From NCBI GenBank assembly GCA_944350265.1, contig CALVOG010000002.1, positions 42,567 through 106,566 on the forward strand: 64,000 nt of DNA, in the 5' to 3' direction. Positions 18,387-27,380 of this stretch are shown here, in pieces. Positions within the stretch are counted from its first letter, which is position 1; every line of letters begins with the position of its first letter. The stretch is from an uncultured Clostridia bacterium (GTDB lineage: Bacteria > Bacillota > Clostridia > Christensenellales > UBA1242). Made by a program: the position numbers and the translations under genes. The notes under the pieces are model-generated. The model ran no database searches. It was given only the letters and a program-made list of their open reading frames with translations, and was not told the DNA's origin.

Positions 18387-18402
18387 TGTTTCACGTGAAA
18401 CA
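18387..18402. promoter_or_regulatory. parS site 2
   Basis: Identical 16-mer. Confidence 0.85.
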
Positions 18403-18513
18403 TTAACCCGTTACACTATTCATTATAATATAAAGCATATTTGCAAATGTTGACGCAATATTAAAGAATTAGAGTTTTGCGGCGACATTTGATATAATAA
18501 TATAAAGAACAAA

Positions 18514-18529
18514 TGTTTCACGTGAAACA
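18514..18529. promoter_or_regulatory. parS site 3
   Basis: Identical 16-mer. Confidence 0.85.
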
Positions 18530-18624
18530 TTTTAAGGAATGAGCTTTTTTTACAATGCTGTATCGGTTGCAAGCAATAATATTTATAGTTATTCGCAAGA
18601 GCAAACAACAATTACCAATCAATT

Positions 18625-18640
18625 TGTTTCACGTGAAACA
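18625..18640. promoter_or_regulatory. parS site 4
   Basis: Identical 16-mer. Confidence 0.85.
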
Positions 18641-18843
18641 AAATTAAAGCTGCGATTGTCCGTTTGTTTTATAACGAAATCTCGCCTGTCTAATAGTATA
18701 TAGAACAAGATGTTCGCCTTAAAAATAAACGCAAACTAAAAACCTTGCGTTTAAATGTTTTAGGCAAGGTCTAATACTTAAAGCAAACTTAAACAGTCTT
18801 GTGGAAATTATTGTTGCCTAAAAAAAGAATGTAACTAGGTAAA

Positions 18844-18872
18844 TAAAAAATAGAAGAGTATTACTTCTTCTA
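18844..18872 (-). terminator. Terminator of the parA-parB operon (hairpin usable in both directions)
   Basis: Stem TAGAAGA/TCTTCTA (18851-18872) is flanked by an A-run upstream and a T-run downstream on the plus strand. Confidence 0.6.
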
Positions 18873-18947
18873 TTTTCCTTGAATGATTGGCATTCTTTTA
18901 TTTATAATAATATTTCTCTAGTTTTACTTTTATCTTAAGCTTTTATC

Positions 18948-19910
18948 TTATTGACCGTTTTTTCTTCTATTGTAATTTTGTAGGTCTTGCAACGTCATTT
19001 CTTTTTTGTTAAGAAGTTCCAATAGTTCAGCAATCCTATCTAAATCATCTCTAGTATAATAGTCAATGTAAATTCTTCCTTTATTATCATTGCCCACTGC
19101 ACTGACCTTTGTTGCAAAAGTTTTTTGCATTTGTATGATTAATTCTTTTAGTTCCAACGACTGCTCTGGAATTATAATATGTCGTCTTTGAGGATTTTCT
19201 AGATTCTTTACTGCTTTTTCCAGTTCTCTAACACTTATACTTTTATTCACCACAAGTTGCGCAAGCTTTATCTGTTGATTTTTATCTTCGATAACCACCA
19301 AGCATCTCGCGTGCCCTGCTGAAAGTTTCCCTTCTTCAACAAGTTTAAGAACATCTGGGTAGAGCGTTAGAAGTCTGAGTGTATTCGCCACGCTTGAGCG
19401 ACTCTTCCCAATTCTATCCGCAACCGTTTCTTGCGTAAGCCCATACTCATCCATAAGCTCTTTTATGGCTTTTGCCGCTTCAACAGGATTCAAATCTTCC
19501 CTTTGCAAGTTTTCAATAATGCTGATTTCTTTAACCTGCTTATCGGTATACTTCCTAACCACCGCCGGCACCGTTTTCAGCCCGCAAATATTAGCAGCGC
19601 GCCAACGCCTCTCGCCCGCAATAATCATATAGGAACCATCTCCCATATCGTTCACCACAATAGGCTGAACAATTCCGTGCAATTTAATTGAAGCAGCAAG
19701 TTCGTTTAGTGCTTCTTCGTCGAAATTTTTTCGCGGTTGATTAGGATTAGGTTTCACCTTATCAATCGCAATTTCACTAACTCCACCACTAACTGTCACT
19801 TTCGCTTGTGGTTCAGGCGCTTTTTTTGTTATATTTTCATAACTATCATCTTTGTATACGCCAAAAAGCGCATCCAAACCTCTTCCTAATCCCTTTTTAT
19901 TATTTAACAT
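18948..19910 (-). CDS. parB: Chromosome partitioning protein ParB/Spo0J
   Basis: N-terminus MLNNKKGLGRGLDALFG. ParB box IVQPIVV...IIAGERRWRAA. HTH region LTQETVADRIGKSRSSVANTLRLL. Confidence 0.92.
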   Translation of the reverse strand: MLNNKKGLGRGLDALFGVYKDDSYENITKKAPEPQAKVTVSGGVSEIAIDKVKPNPNQPRKNFDEEALNELAASIKLHGIVQPIVVNDMGDGSYMIIAGERRWRAANICGLKTVPAVVRKYTDKQVKEISIIENLQREDLNPVEAAKAIKELMDEYGLTQETVADRIGKSRSSVANTLRLLTLYPDVLKLVEEGKLSAGHARCLVVIEDKNQQIKLAQLVVNKSISVRELEKAVKNLENPQRRHIIIPEQSLELKELIIQMQKTFATKVSAVGNDNKGRIYIDYYTRDDLDRIAELLELLNKKEMTLQDLQNYNRRKNGQ

Positions 19911-19913
19911 TTT

Positions 19914-20729
19914 TTAATCCTCCGAAAATCTTATTTTTCTTGTTTTAGAAATTCTTTTAAAAGGAGTCCCGCTTCGCTTTAAAATCTCCTCAGCCAAACT
20001 CAAATAAGCCTCAGCACCCTTCGAATTAGCGTCATATAGCGCCACCGGCAACCCGTGGCTTGGCGCTTCCGCCAGTCGCACATTTCTTGGGATTGTGGTC
20101 ACATACACCTTCTTGCTGAAGAACTTTATAATTTCGTTGCTAACCTGATTTGTCAAGTTGTAACGCTTATCTTTCATTGTCATAACCACGCCCTCGATGT
20201 CGATGTTCGGGTTAAGATATTCCTTCACTAATTTTATCGTGTTCATCAGTTGCGTCAACCCTTCCAGCGCGAAGAATTCACACTGAATTGGAATGATAAC
20301 ACTGTCGGTTGCCGTCAAAGCATTCACCGTGATAAGCCCTAGTGAAGGCGGGCAGTCGATAAGTATGAAATCATAACTATCTTTAATCTCTGCCAGCAAA
20401 TTCTTAATAATTTTTTCTCTTTGTGGGATTTGAATAAGTTCAACCTCAGCCCCCGCCAAATCCACTGTTGATGGTATAATAAAGAGGTTTTCGACGATTG
20501 TTGGTTTAATCACATCGTCAAATGTTCCCTCGCCGTCAATTAGGTCGTAAATAGTCATCAAATCCTTGCTTTTTCTTATTCCCACACCGCTTGTTGCATT
20601 ACCTTGCGGGTCCAAATCCAAAAGCAAAATTTTCTTGCCCATCATTGCCATATACGTGGCAACATTCACGCAAGTCGTGGTCTTACCAACCCCACCCTTT
20701 TGATTTGCAAATGCGATAATTTTTCCCAT
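19914..20729 (-). CDS. parA: Chromosome partitioning ATPase ParA/Soj
   Basis: Deviant Walker A ANQKGGVGKTTT, then LLLDLDPQGNAT and IDCPPSLG. It sits 3 nt upstream of parB. Confidence 0.92.
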   Translation of the reverse strand: MGKIIAFANQKGGVGKTTTCVNVATYMAMMGKKILLLDLDPQGNATSGVGIRKSKDLMTIYDLIDGEGTFDDVIKPTIVENLFIIPSTVDLAGAEVELIQIPQREKIIKNLLAEIKDSYDFILIDCPPSLGLITVNALTATDSVIIPIQCEFFALEGLTQLMNTIKLVKEYLNPNIDIEGVVMTMKDKRYNLTNQVSNEIIKFFSKKVYVTTIPRNVRLAEAPSHGLPVALYDANSKGAEAYLSLAEEILKRSGTPFKRISKTRKIRFSED

Positions 20730-21159
20730 AGTAACTTCCTTTGTTACAATTATACATTAAAAATGAAAAAAAATAAAGTATATAAGTCACTTTTTTTGAA
20801 AAACTTTTGCTATCTTCAAATCGAATACAACAAATATGTTTTATAAAACGTTCAAAAAACAAAAAAACACGAAAAAACTTATAAAAATAGCAAAAAAAGT
20901 GAATTTATTTAATAAAAATTCATTATATTGCATTAAAAATAAAATTTTATTTAATGATTAACTTAGTATTTTCTATATAATTTTCAATTATTGCAATGAA
21001 AAAAATTTTTTACACAATCACGCGCTTTACTGATGATTTAAAATAACACACTATGTTAAAGTCAATAATAAAAAAATAATCACTCTCTTTTCTCAACACT
21101 TATTTCAACAACTAATCTTTTCACAACTTCAAAAACAACCTTCTTTTTCTTCATCCTTA

Positions 21160-21188
21160 TTGCAAAATACGCAAATTAGTGGTATAAT
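21160..21188 (+). promoter_or_regulatory. Near-consensus promoter abutting the mnmE start codon
   Basis: TTGCAA (21160-21165), a 17-nt spacer, then TGg-TATAAT (21180-21188). The ATG lies 8 nt after the -10 and there is no Shine-Dalgarno sequence. Confidence 0.55.
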
Positions 21189-21195
21189 AAAATGT

Positions 21196-22521
21196 ATGGA
21201 TTGTATTGTTTCGATTTCTACACCTCTCGGCAGAGGTGCGATTAGCATTGTGAGAATGAGCGGGAAAGACAGTTTGAAAGTCGCGCTTAAATTTTTTCAT
21301 AGCAAATCCAGCGATATCAAACCGCGATATATGTATTTCGGCAAATTGGAAATTGAAAAAGAAACCTTTGAAGAATGTTTAATGGTCTATTTTAAAGCGC
21401 CATTTTCGTATACCGGCGAGGACGTTGTGGAATTTCAAATTCACGGCGGGGTGCTTTTGGCGCAAAAGGTTTTGGAGGTTTGCCTTACTCACGGCGCAAA
21501 ACTTGCCGAAGCGGGCGAATTCTCAAAGCGCGCATTTTTAAACGGCAAAATCACGCTCGACAAGGCGGAAGCAATCATAGGCGAAATCAACGCCGAAAGC
21601 GAGGGGGAATTAAATTCCTCACTCAAAATAACCAACGGCGTTCTCGCGGAAAAAGTTAAAAATGAGCAAGAAAAACTCACCAACTTACTTGCCGAAATAG
21701 AGGTTTCGTTTGACTACCCAGAATATGACTACGACGAGGTTGTGAAGGGTAAAATTTTGAACGTCATTGGCGAAATACAAAAAGAAAATCTTCAAATAAT
21801 TGAGGATTCTAAGAGCGCGACCTATCTTAAAACGGGCATAAACGTGGCGATTGTGGGGCGTGCGAATGTGGGAAAAAGTTCGGTTCTTAACGCACTTTTA
21901 GGCGAAAATAGGGCGATTGTCACAGATATTGAAGGCACGACGCGCGACAGCCTTAAGGAAAGTTTTCTTCATAAGGGCATAAAAATTAACCTGATTGACA
22001 CGGCAGGCATACGCGAGACTGACGACATCGTTGAAAAAATGGGCATTGAGCGCAGTTTGAACTCCATAGACCGCGCCGATTTAGTGCTTTTTGTGCGTGA
22101 TGGAAGCGAAAATGATACCAAAAACGATGAAATTATCGAAAAAAATCTAAAAAATAAGCATTTTTTAAATTTAATTAACAAAACTGACAAAAAACGCATC
22201 CTTCCTAAAAAGGAAAATGAAATCGAAATTTCTGCGCTCACAAATAAAAACATCGCACTTTTGAAGGACAGAATTGTGGAGGAAATCATTGGCAATAATA
22301 TCGACACAAACTCTCTTATTATCACAAACGAACGCCAACTAAACATCCTCAAAAACTGCAACGCTCTTATGGAGGAAATTATTAGCGCCAAAGAACAGTC
22401 GGTGGACGTCATCGCTATGTTAATTAAAAAACTATGGAACGAACTTGGAAAAATCACAGGAAACACTGAAAACGAAAATATTATCTCGCTCATCTTTTCT
22501 AAGTTTTGCCTGGGGAAATAA
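21196..22521 (+). CDS. mnmE: tRNA modification GTPase MnmE
   Basis: The protein starts MDCIVSISTPLGRGAISIVRMSG, as typical for MnmE. G-domain motifs are GRANVGKSS and DTAGIR. The C-terminus is FCLGK. The track start at 21160 is a TTG inside the promoter. Confidence 0.9.
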   Translation: MDCIVSISTPLGRGAISIVRMSGKDSLKVALKFFHSKSSDIKPRYMYFGKLEIEKETFEECLMVYFKAPFSYTGEDVVEFQIHGGVLLAQKVLEVCLTHGAKLAEAGEFSKRAFLNGKITLDKAEAIIGEINAESEGELNSSLKITNGVLAEKVKNEQEKLTNLLAEIEVSFDYPEYDYDEVVKGKILNVIGEIQKENLQIIEDSKSATYLKTGINVAIVGRANVGKSSVLNALLGENRAIVTDIEGTTRDSLKESFLHKGIKINLIDTAGIRETDDIVEKMGIERSLNSIDRADLVLFVRDGSENDTKNDEIIEKNLKNKHFLNLINKTDKKRILPKKENEIEISALTNKNIALLKDRIVEEIIGNNIDTNSLIITNERQLNILKNCNALMEEIISAKEQSVDVIAMLIKKLWNELGKITGNTENENIISLIFSKFCLGK

Positions 22522-22522
22522 T

Positions 22523-24379
22523 ATGGAAAAATTTGATGCAATAGTTATTGGTGCAGGCCACGCGGGATGCGAATCGGCGTTGGCTTTGGCGCGTATGGGA
22601 AACAAAACGCTACTTTTGACGATAAGTTTGGACGCCGTCGCTTTCTTGGCGTGCAATCCTTCAATCGGCGGAACTGCAAAGGGGCAACTCGTCAGCGAAA
22701 TTGACGCCTTGGGTGGAGAAATGGGTATAATTGCTGACAAAACCGCGTTGCAAATTAGGATGCTTAACCGAGGCAAGGGGCCTGCGGTGCAAAGCCTAAG
22801 GGTTCAAGCGGACAAAAACGCCTATCACACCGAAATGAAAAAGGTTTTGGAAAGCGAGAAAAACCTCTTTTTGAGGCAGGGCGAAGTGGTTGATATTTCG
22901 CTTAATGGCGACGCCAAAATAATCACCACGAGCGTCGGGCTTAAATACTCAGCAAAAGCGGTGGTTTTTGCAACAGGCGTATATATGGAAAGTGAGATAA
23001 TAATTGGAAAAACGCGCGAAAAAACGGGTCCAAACGGTTTTAAAAATAGTTCTGGGCTTTCCTCTTCGCTTAAAAAATTAGGGCTAAAAATGCTTCGATT
23101 TAAGACGGGAACACCGGTGAGAATTCACCGCCGAAGCGTTGATTTTTCGGTTATGGAAGAGCAAAATGGCGACGAAAACATCTCTGGTTTTTCGTATATG
23201 ACAAAGGAAAAAATTCAAAATAAGGAAAAATGTTACCTCACTTACACCACTCCCACTACGCACGAAATCATACGCAAAAATTTAGATAAGGCGCCTGCAA
23301 TTTCTGGCGAAATAGTCGGCGCGGGTCCGCGATATTGCCCCTCGATTGAAACCAAAGTTGTTCGTTTTAGCGATAAAGAAAGACATCAACTCTTCCTCGA
23401 ACCAGAGGCGGAAAACACCGAGGAACTCTATCTTCAAGGCTTTTCAACTTCAATGCCCGCCGACATCCAAAAGGAGATGGTTGAAAGTGTTATCGGCCTT
23501 CAAAATGCGGAAATAATGCGCGACGCTTACGCGATTGAATATGACCTCATCGACCCAACTGAACTGAACCCAACGCTCGAATTAAAGAAGGTGAAGGGCT
23601 TGTTTTTTGCTGGACAAATTAACGGCACAAGTGGCTACGAAGAGGCGGGCGCGCAAGGAATTATTGCGGGAATTAACGCAGGGTTATACCTTGCAGGAAA
23701 AGAGATGTTGGTGCTTAAAAGAAGCGACGCTTACATCGGCGTTCTTATTGACGACATTGTCACAAAAGGCACAAATGAGCCCTATCGAATGATGACGAGC
23801 CGAGCGGAATATCGCCTATTACTAAGGCAAGATAACGCCGATTTAAGACTGACTGAAATTGGCAGAAAGGTGGGACTTGTCAGCGATGAACGCTACAAAA
23901 TTTTCCTCGAAAAGAAAGCAAAAATGAAAGAGATTGAAGAGGCTCTAAACACAAAAATAAAACTCGACAAGCGCCTTGTAAATTTTTACAAAATTCATAA
24001 CGAAAGCATTCCAAAGGAAAGCGTTCGATTAAGAGATATGCTTAAACGAGTGAACATTAATATTTTCGACATTAAAGAATATTTTAAAATTTTCGATAAC
24101 TACGATTACGATTTACTAGAAAAAGTGAACATCAATATTAAATATGAGGGTTATCTAAAACAACAAGAAGAGGATATTGAAAAAGCACTAGCAAACGAAA
24201 AACTGACGATACCAACTGACTTTTGTTATGAAAACATAAAGGGTTTGCGGGAGGAAGCAAAGGAGAAACTCGCTGTCATTCGTCCTCTTAATATCGGTCA
24301 AGCATCGAGAATTTCGGGCGTTTCACCAGCGGACATTGCCGTGCTTTCCATTTATGTTAAAAAGTTTAAAAAGGGATAA
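22523..24379 (+). CDS. mnmG: tRNA uridine 5-carboxymethylaminomethyl modification enzyme MnmG (GidA)
   Basis: The N-terminus MEKFDAIVIGAGHAGCESALA is an FAD-binding motif. The ATG is 2 nt after the mnmE stop. The upstream part of the track ORF overlaps mnmE. Confidence 0.92.
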   Translation: MEKFDAIVIGAGHAGCESALALARMGNKTLLLTISLDAVAFLACNPSIGGTAKGQLVSEIDALGGEMGIIADKTALQIRMLNRGKGPAVQSLRVQADKNAYHTEMKKVLESEKNLFLRQGEVVDISLNGDAKIITTSVGLKYSAKAVVFATGVYMESEIIIGKTREKTGPNGFKNSSGLSSSLKKLGLKMLRFKTGTPVRIHRRSVDFSVMEEQNGDENISGFSYMTKEKIQNKEKCYLTYTTPTTHEIIRKNLDKAPAISGEIVGAGPRYCPSIETKVVRFSDKERHQLFLEPEAENTEELYLQGFSTSMPADIQKEMVESVIGLQNAEIMRDAYAIEYDLIDPTELNPTLELKKVKGLFFAGQINGTSGYEEAGAQGIIAGINAGLYLAGKEMLVLKRSDAYIGVLIDDIVTKGTNEPYRMMTSRAEYRLLLRQDNADLRLTEIGRKVGLVSDERYKIFLEKKAKMKEIEEALNTKIKLDKRLVNFYKIHNESIPKESVRLRDMLKRVNINIFDIKEYFKIFDNYDYDLLEKVNINIKYEGYLKQQEEDIEKALANEKLTIPTDFCYENIKGLREEAKEKLAVIRPLNIGQASRISGVSPADIAVLSIYVKKFKKG

Positions 24380-24381
24380 AT

Positions 24382-25068
24382 ATGAAATTAAGTGAACTTT
24401 TTTCGAAGTATAATATAAGTTTAACCTCATCGCAAGAGGATATGTTTTTGAAATATTTTGAATTTTTAGTCCAAGAAAATCAAAAATATAACCTCACTGC
24501 AATAACCAAAAAAGAGGAGGTTTTTTCAAAGCATTTTTTAGATAGCGCACTTCCTATAAGCATTTTCAAAAACAACGCAAGCGTGATTGATGTTGGCAGT
24601 GGCGCGGGCTTTCCAGCAGTTCCATTGAAGATTCTTAAAGACAGTCTATCCGTTACTATGGTTGATAGCCTCAATAAGCGCGTCAACTTTTTGAACCAAC
24701 TTTGTTCCCTTTTAAATTTAAAAAATATCTGTGCCATTCACGCGCGCGCTGAAGAGTTTATTAAAAACAACAGAGAACAATTTGATTATGCCGTTGCCCG
24801 CGCAGTGGCTCCATTAAACACCTTGCTTGAATACTTAGTTCCATATCTAAAAGTGGGCGGTAAATGTGTGATTTATAAGTCCCAAAAATTGGATGAGGAA
24901 CTTAAAAACGCCGAAAATGCCATAAAAATATTGAACGTAAAAATTGAAAAAATTTTAACCTATCAAATTGGTGACGCCGAGCGAAAAATTCTTGTTATGC
25001 AAAAATTTGCATCAACAAACGCTAAATATCCGCGCGGAAAAAATTTGCCAAAATTAAAACCTCTATAA
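24382..25068 (+). CDS. rsmG: 16S rRNA (guanine527-N7)-methyltransferase RsmG (GidB)
   Basis: SAM motif DVGSGAGFPAVPLKI. It directly follows mnmG. Confidence 0.88.
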   Translation: MKLSELFSKYNISLTSSQEDMFLKYFEFLVQENQKYNLTAITKKEEVFSKHFLDSALPISIFKNNASVIDVGSGAGFPAVPLKILKDSLSVTMVDSLNKRVNFLNQLCSLLNLKNICAIHARAEEFIKNNREQFDYAVARAVAPLNTLLEYLVPYLKVGGKCVIYKSQKLDEELKNAENAIKILNVKIEKILTYQIGDAERKILVMQKFASTNAKYPRGKNLPKLKPL

Positions 25069-25206
25069 CCTTTTCATTTTGTTAATCTTAACAAAATATT
25101 TTCACGCTAGAAACACAACGTTTTTAAACATTAAATTTGTATAATAAGCAAAAATTTACTCCCTCACAATTAGTCAACCTATGTCACAAACTTTAAATTA
25201 GCAAAC

Positions 25207-25238
25207 AAAAAGAGTTTCATTAGTAAAACTCTTTTTTT
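25207..25238. terminator. Bidirectional terminator between convergent rsmG and recF
   Basis: Stem AAAAAGAGTTT/AAACTCTTTTT has an 8-nt loop. A-run and T-run flanks allow termination in both directions. Confidence 0.7.
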
Positions 25239-25274
25239 AATAAATTACAACCAAAAATTCAAGTATTTTTATTT

Positions 25275-26372
25275 CTATCCTAACAACTCGCTTTTGACTA
25301 TTTTTCCATTTTGGATGACAAATTCTTTTCCTTCCAGGTTTTTACATTCCGTTGTGGAAATGAAGGTTTGTGTTCGACTTGCAAACTTCAAAAGACGCTC
25401 TTGTCTTTCGGCGTCCAACTCGCTGAAAACGTCGTCAAGCATTAAAATTGGATATTCTCCTATCTCGCTTTTCATACTCTCAAGTTCCGCAAGTTTAAGT
25501 GATAGCGCAACGGTGCGTTGCTGTCCTTGCGAACCAAAACTTTTCACTTCAACGCCATTAAGAAAGATATCCACATCATCTCTATGCACTCCCAAAGAGG
25601 TGTATCCCAACTTAAAGTCCTTTTCCAGGTTTTTCTTTAAAAGTTTATCGAAATTTACTTCAAAATTTTCGTCCAATTTAACGCCACAACCACACACATA
25701 ACTAAGTTCCACGTTCTCACTGCCTTCACTTATATATGATTGCGCCTTTTGTGCAAACGGCAAAATCGAATTTATAAACCTTTCCCTTTCAAAAGCGATT
25801 TTTTTTGCCGAAGCCACAAGCGCTCTATCCCAAATATCCACTGTTTCCTTAACCATAGTTAAACTTTCGCTGTTTTTCAAAAGTTTATTGCGGTTTCCAA
25901 GTATTTTCTCATAGCGCGAAAGTTGATAAAAATACCTCTTATTTCTTTGCGAAATGTCGATGTCCATAAACTTACGCCTCTCTTCAGGGCTTTCCTTAAC
26001 AAGTTTGAGTTCATTTGGCGAAAAAAACACAATATTCACCTCGCCAATAAGTTCTCCTATCTTTTTTATCGGCAAATTATTGATTTTTATTTCTTTTTTC
26101 TTCTTTTTCGATAATTTTACCTCAACTTTCAGCGTGCGGTATTTTTTTTCTGCCAAAAGTCCAATATATCCTTCCTCTTCATCCCACTTGACGATATCCC
26201 TATCCTTAATCGATTTAAAACTTTTACCAATACAACAATAATAAATGCTTTCTAATAAATTTGTTTTTCCTTGCGCATTCTTTCCCACAAAAATATTAAG
26301 CGTGTCACAAAAATTCACACTTAAATCCACATAATTTCGAAAATTTTTTAATTTTAGCGCGTTTATTTTCAT
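25275..26372 (-). CDS. recF: DNA replication and repair protein RecF
   Basis: N-terminus MKINALKLKNFRNY. Walker A GKNAQGKTNLLE. Signature FGSQGQQRTVALSLKLAE. Walker B LMLDDVFSELD. Confidence 0.92.
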   Translation of the reverse strand: MKINALKLKNFRNYVDLSVNFCDTLNIFVGKNAQGKTNLLESIYYCCIGKSFKSIKDRDIVKWDEEEGYIGLLAEKKYRTLKVEVKLSKKKKKEIKINNLPIKKIGELIGEVNIVFFSPNELKLVKESPEERRKFMDIDISQRNKRYFYQLSRYEKILGNRNKLLKNSESLTMVKETVDIWDRALVASAKKIAFERERFINSILPFAQKAQSYISEGSENVELSYVCGCGVKLDENFEVNFDKLLKKNLEKDFKLGYTSLGVHRDDVDIFLNGVEVKSFGSQGQQRTVALSLKLAELESMKSEIGEYPILMLDDVFSELDAERQERLLKFASRTQTFISTTECKNLEGKEFVIQNGKIVKSELLG

Positions 26373-26566
26373 ATTTTATATTATATCACAACTCGCTTTA
26401 CATATAAAAGTGTTTTTTTAATATTTCTTAATCAGTTTATTTTCGTTTTTTGGCGGACTTTAATCTATGATATGTTATTTGTTTTAACTCACACGTGCGT
26501 AGGCAAAGCGACCAACCTTGTAATAAATATTTTTTTCCCACGTAACACCTCAAAATGTGCCACTCA

Positions 26567-26598
26567 CGAGATTCTTCGCTAACGCTCAGAATGACAAA
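26567..26598 (-). repeat. Short interspersed repeat, copy A (reverse complement of the 34.3-kb copies)
   Basis: CGAGATTCTTCGCTAACGCTCAGAATGACAAA. Its reverse complement matches 34279-34309 except in the centre. Confidence 0.75.
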
Positions 26599-26720
26599 GC
26601 CAATATTTATAACGGTAAATACAATAAAGCTTTACGACATACACGATAGATAAATTTCCTTTGTAAAAAGCAACAAAGCGTGATGCGCTATACTTTATAA
26701 TGTAATAGCATTACCTATGA

Positions 26721-26750
26721 CCATTCTTCGCTAACGCTCATAAAGACAAA
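26721..26750 (-). repeat. Short interspersed repeat, copy B (degenerate)
   Basis: CCATTCTTCGCTAACGCTCATAAAGACAAA shares ATTCTTCGCTAACGCTCA with copy A. Confidence 0.65.
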
Positions 26751-27380
26751 CAATAGCCCTTAGAATAAAACAGGGTGAACAATGTAAAATCGCGCTAGGT
26801 GGTTTCTTTTTTATTCTATCACGTCCTCTTTTTAAACACACCACTACTATATTATACATAATATATATTATATAATATATATACATATATATAGGAGCGT
26901 CACATCATAAAAAATTATTGACATATATATCTAACAATCTAAATATACTCCTTTATATATAGAAGCTCTAACATAAAAATTTCGTTTTATAAAATCTTCT
27001 ACTGTCGACCTTCCTTAGACTATCAAACAAGTTTATTTTGCCTATCCTTAAAATATATAATTTTTCCTCTAACATAAAAATGTTCTATTTTGATATAATT
27101 TTTTGATAAAAAACTTGAAAAAAAGTGAAAAAATTGATATAATCATACTGTAAAACTTAAAATTATGATTTCTTACTTTAATATACTTTTTAATTTTAGT
27201 TTTGAAAGGTATCATATAAGAAGAAATCAAAACAAACTTTTTCAATAACTAAAAAATATTTAGAAAGAGAGAGTGTGTTCATTCACTTATAATTAAATAA
27301 GAACAAAAAACATCAAAAAACGACGATTTTTTTAATAAATTTTATGAAAAAAGCGCGTTTTTAATAAAAGGGGTGAAAAA

